Shown here: positions 63,169 to 64,000 of the stretch, piece after piece
Layout: every line of letters starts with the position of its first letter
Position numbering within the stretch: the first letter of the stretch is position 1
Assembly: GCA_964640195.1 (NCBI GenBank)
Contig: CAZXIC010000005.1
Span: 4,996 to 68,995, forward strand
Length of the DNA stretch: 64,000 nucleotides
Reading direction: 5' to 3'
Origin: an uncultured archaeon
Lineage (GTDB): Archaea > Iainarchaeota > Iainarchaeia > Iainarchaeales > GCA-2688035
Notes under the pieces: model-generated
Database searches by the model: none
Told to the model about the DNA's origin: nothing
What the model saw: only the letters and a program-made list of their open reading frames with translations
Made by a program: the position numbers and the translations under genes

Positions 63169-64000
63169 ATGCACAGTTCTCTGCAAGAAAAAAGGGTTCT
63201 TGTAACAGGCGCAGGCGGCTTCATTGGCGGCTGGCTGTGCAAAAGGCTGGTTGAAGAGAAGGCAGAGGTAATTGGGCTTGTGCACAGGGGAACAGAAGGG
63301 CTGGCAGTCCATGGCATCAGTGAAAGCGTTGAAGCAGTGAAGTGCGACATAAACAATGCAGCAGAACTCAGCAGGGTTTTCAGCGGAAAGAAACCGGCAC
63401 TGTGCTTCCACCTTGCAGCGGTTTCCTCTACGAGGGACGCTGCAAATGACCTTGCCGCAACATTCCAGACAAATGTAATCGCAACACTGAATGTTCTGGA
63501 GGCAGCAAAGCAGGCTGGAACAGCTGTGTGCTTTGCCTCAACAGTCAAGGTCTACGGTGGAAGAACGGAAAACGGTTTTAAGGAAGATGCGCCACAGCTT
63601 GGGAGCAACGCTTATGCAACCTCAAAGATATGCGGCGAGGAGGTCTGCAGGATGTACGCCGAAGAAAGGGGCATGGACATTGCGATTGCAAGGCCTAGCA
63701 ACGTCTTCGGATGGGGAGACATGCGCTTTGAAAGGCTCGTTCCAGGGGCAATAAAAGCGGTTCTCAGTGGAGAAAAGCCAAGGGTCAAGGGAAAGGGTGA
63801 AAGCAGCTTTGACTGGGTTTTTGTTGGAGATGTTGCCGATGCCCTGGCTGCAATAGGCGAAAGGATGCTGCAAAGGAGGATGGTGGCAGAGCCCTTCAAC
63901 ATAGGCACAGGGCAGGCTGCCAGCGTAAGGGAGGTTGTTGAAAAAATCATCAGGCTCAGTGGAAGCAAGGCTGAAATGGAGTTTTTCGGAGAAGAAAAGC
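63169..64000 (+). CDS. NAD-dependent epimerase/dehydratase (extended SDR), 3'-truncated by the window end
   Basis: Not in the ORF track because it has no stop in the window. My translation from ATG 63169 is open to 64000: 'MHSSLQEKRVLVTGAGGFIGGWLCKRLV...YATSK...'. An alternative ATG lies at 63124. Confidence 0.8.
   Translation, partial: MHSSLQEKRVLVTGAGGFIGGWLCKRLVEEKAEVIGLVHRGTEGLAVHGISESVEAVKCDINNAAELSRVFSGKKPALCFHLAAVSSTRDAANDLAATFQTNVIATLNVLEAAKQAGTAVCFASTVKVYGGRTENGFKEDAPQLGSNAYATSKICGEEVCRMYAEERGMDIAIARPSNVFGWGDMRFERLVPGAIKAVLSGEKPRVKGKGESSFDWVFVGDVADALAAIGERMLQRRMVAEPFNIGTGQAASVREVVEKIIRLSGSKAEMEFFGEEK

Overview
Archaeal chromosomal segment. The evidence is TBP, Spt5/NusG, Rpo4, eL42(L44e), L21e, a P0/P1 stalk, AglB/STT3, A/T-rich TATA-type promoters, frequent GTG/TTG starts and many ATGA/GTGA-coupled genes. 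The gene content suggests a small-genome, possibly episymbiotic (DPANN-like) archaeon, but that lineage call is inference only.

Content in order:
- A HerA-like ATPase.
- A glmS-GNAT-HAD::YvcK operon.
- tRNA-Gly(CCC) wedged between two ORFs.
- eL42.
- An SMC whose hinge is replaced by a CxxC hook.
- MgtC.
- An exported ATPase-less Lon(S16) protease.
- The classical ftsZ-secE-spt5-L11-L1-P0-P1 cluster, with unusual low-complexity tails.
- Ribose-1,5-bisphosphate isomerase and Rpe.
- A MazEF-like toxin-antitoxin pair.
- A translationally coupled pyrB-pyrI-pyrD-X-pyrK-pyrC-pyrE-pyrF-SLOG operon, followed by AMP phosphorylase.
- ksgA-DUF655-rpo4-L21e.
- A mosaic accessory region at 34.3-38.5 kb. 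It holds a low-GC island with a PolB-type exonuclease gene, then TBP, then a 5S rRNA gene whose 3' end is duplicated 0.7 kb downstream around a NYN-domain gene.
- A 1482-aa Cys/Asp/Glu-rich repetitive surface protein with a 50-bp duplicated gene end, plus a second anchored surface protein.
- A second toxin-antitoxin candidate.
- An approximately 19-kb N-glycosylation super-locus: AglB, SemiSWEET, AglH, Alg14/Alg13-like pair, 3 GT2, GT4, GT-C and 3 SDR epimerases. It is interleaved with four radical-SAM enzymes (three B12-binding, one SPASM).

Best candidates for undescribed biology:
1. The radical-SAM-decorated glycosylation locus.
2. The hinge-less zinc-hook SMC.
3. The small element integrated into the 5S rRNA gene.
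4. The glmS-GNAT-HAD::YvcK module.
5. The unknown ORF coupled between pyrD and pyrK.

No CRISPR array, reverse transcriptase or integrase was recognised. All functional calls rest on motif recognition by eye. No database search or numerical GC calculation was run.
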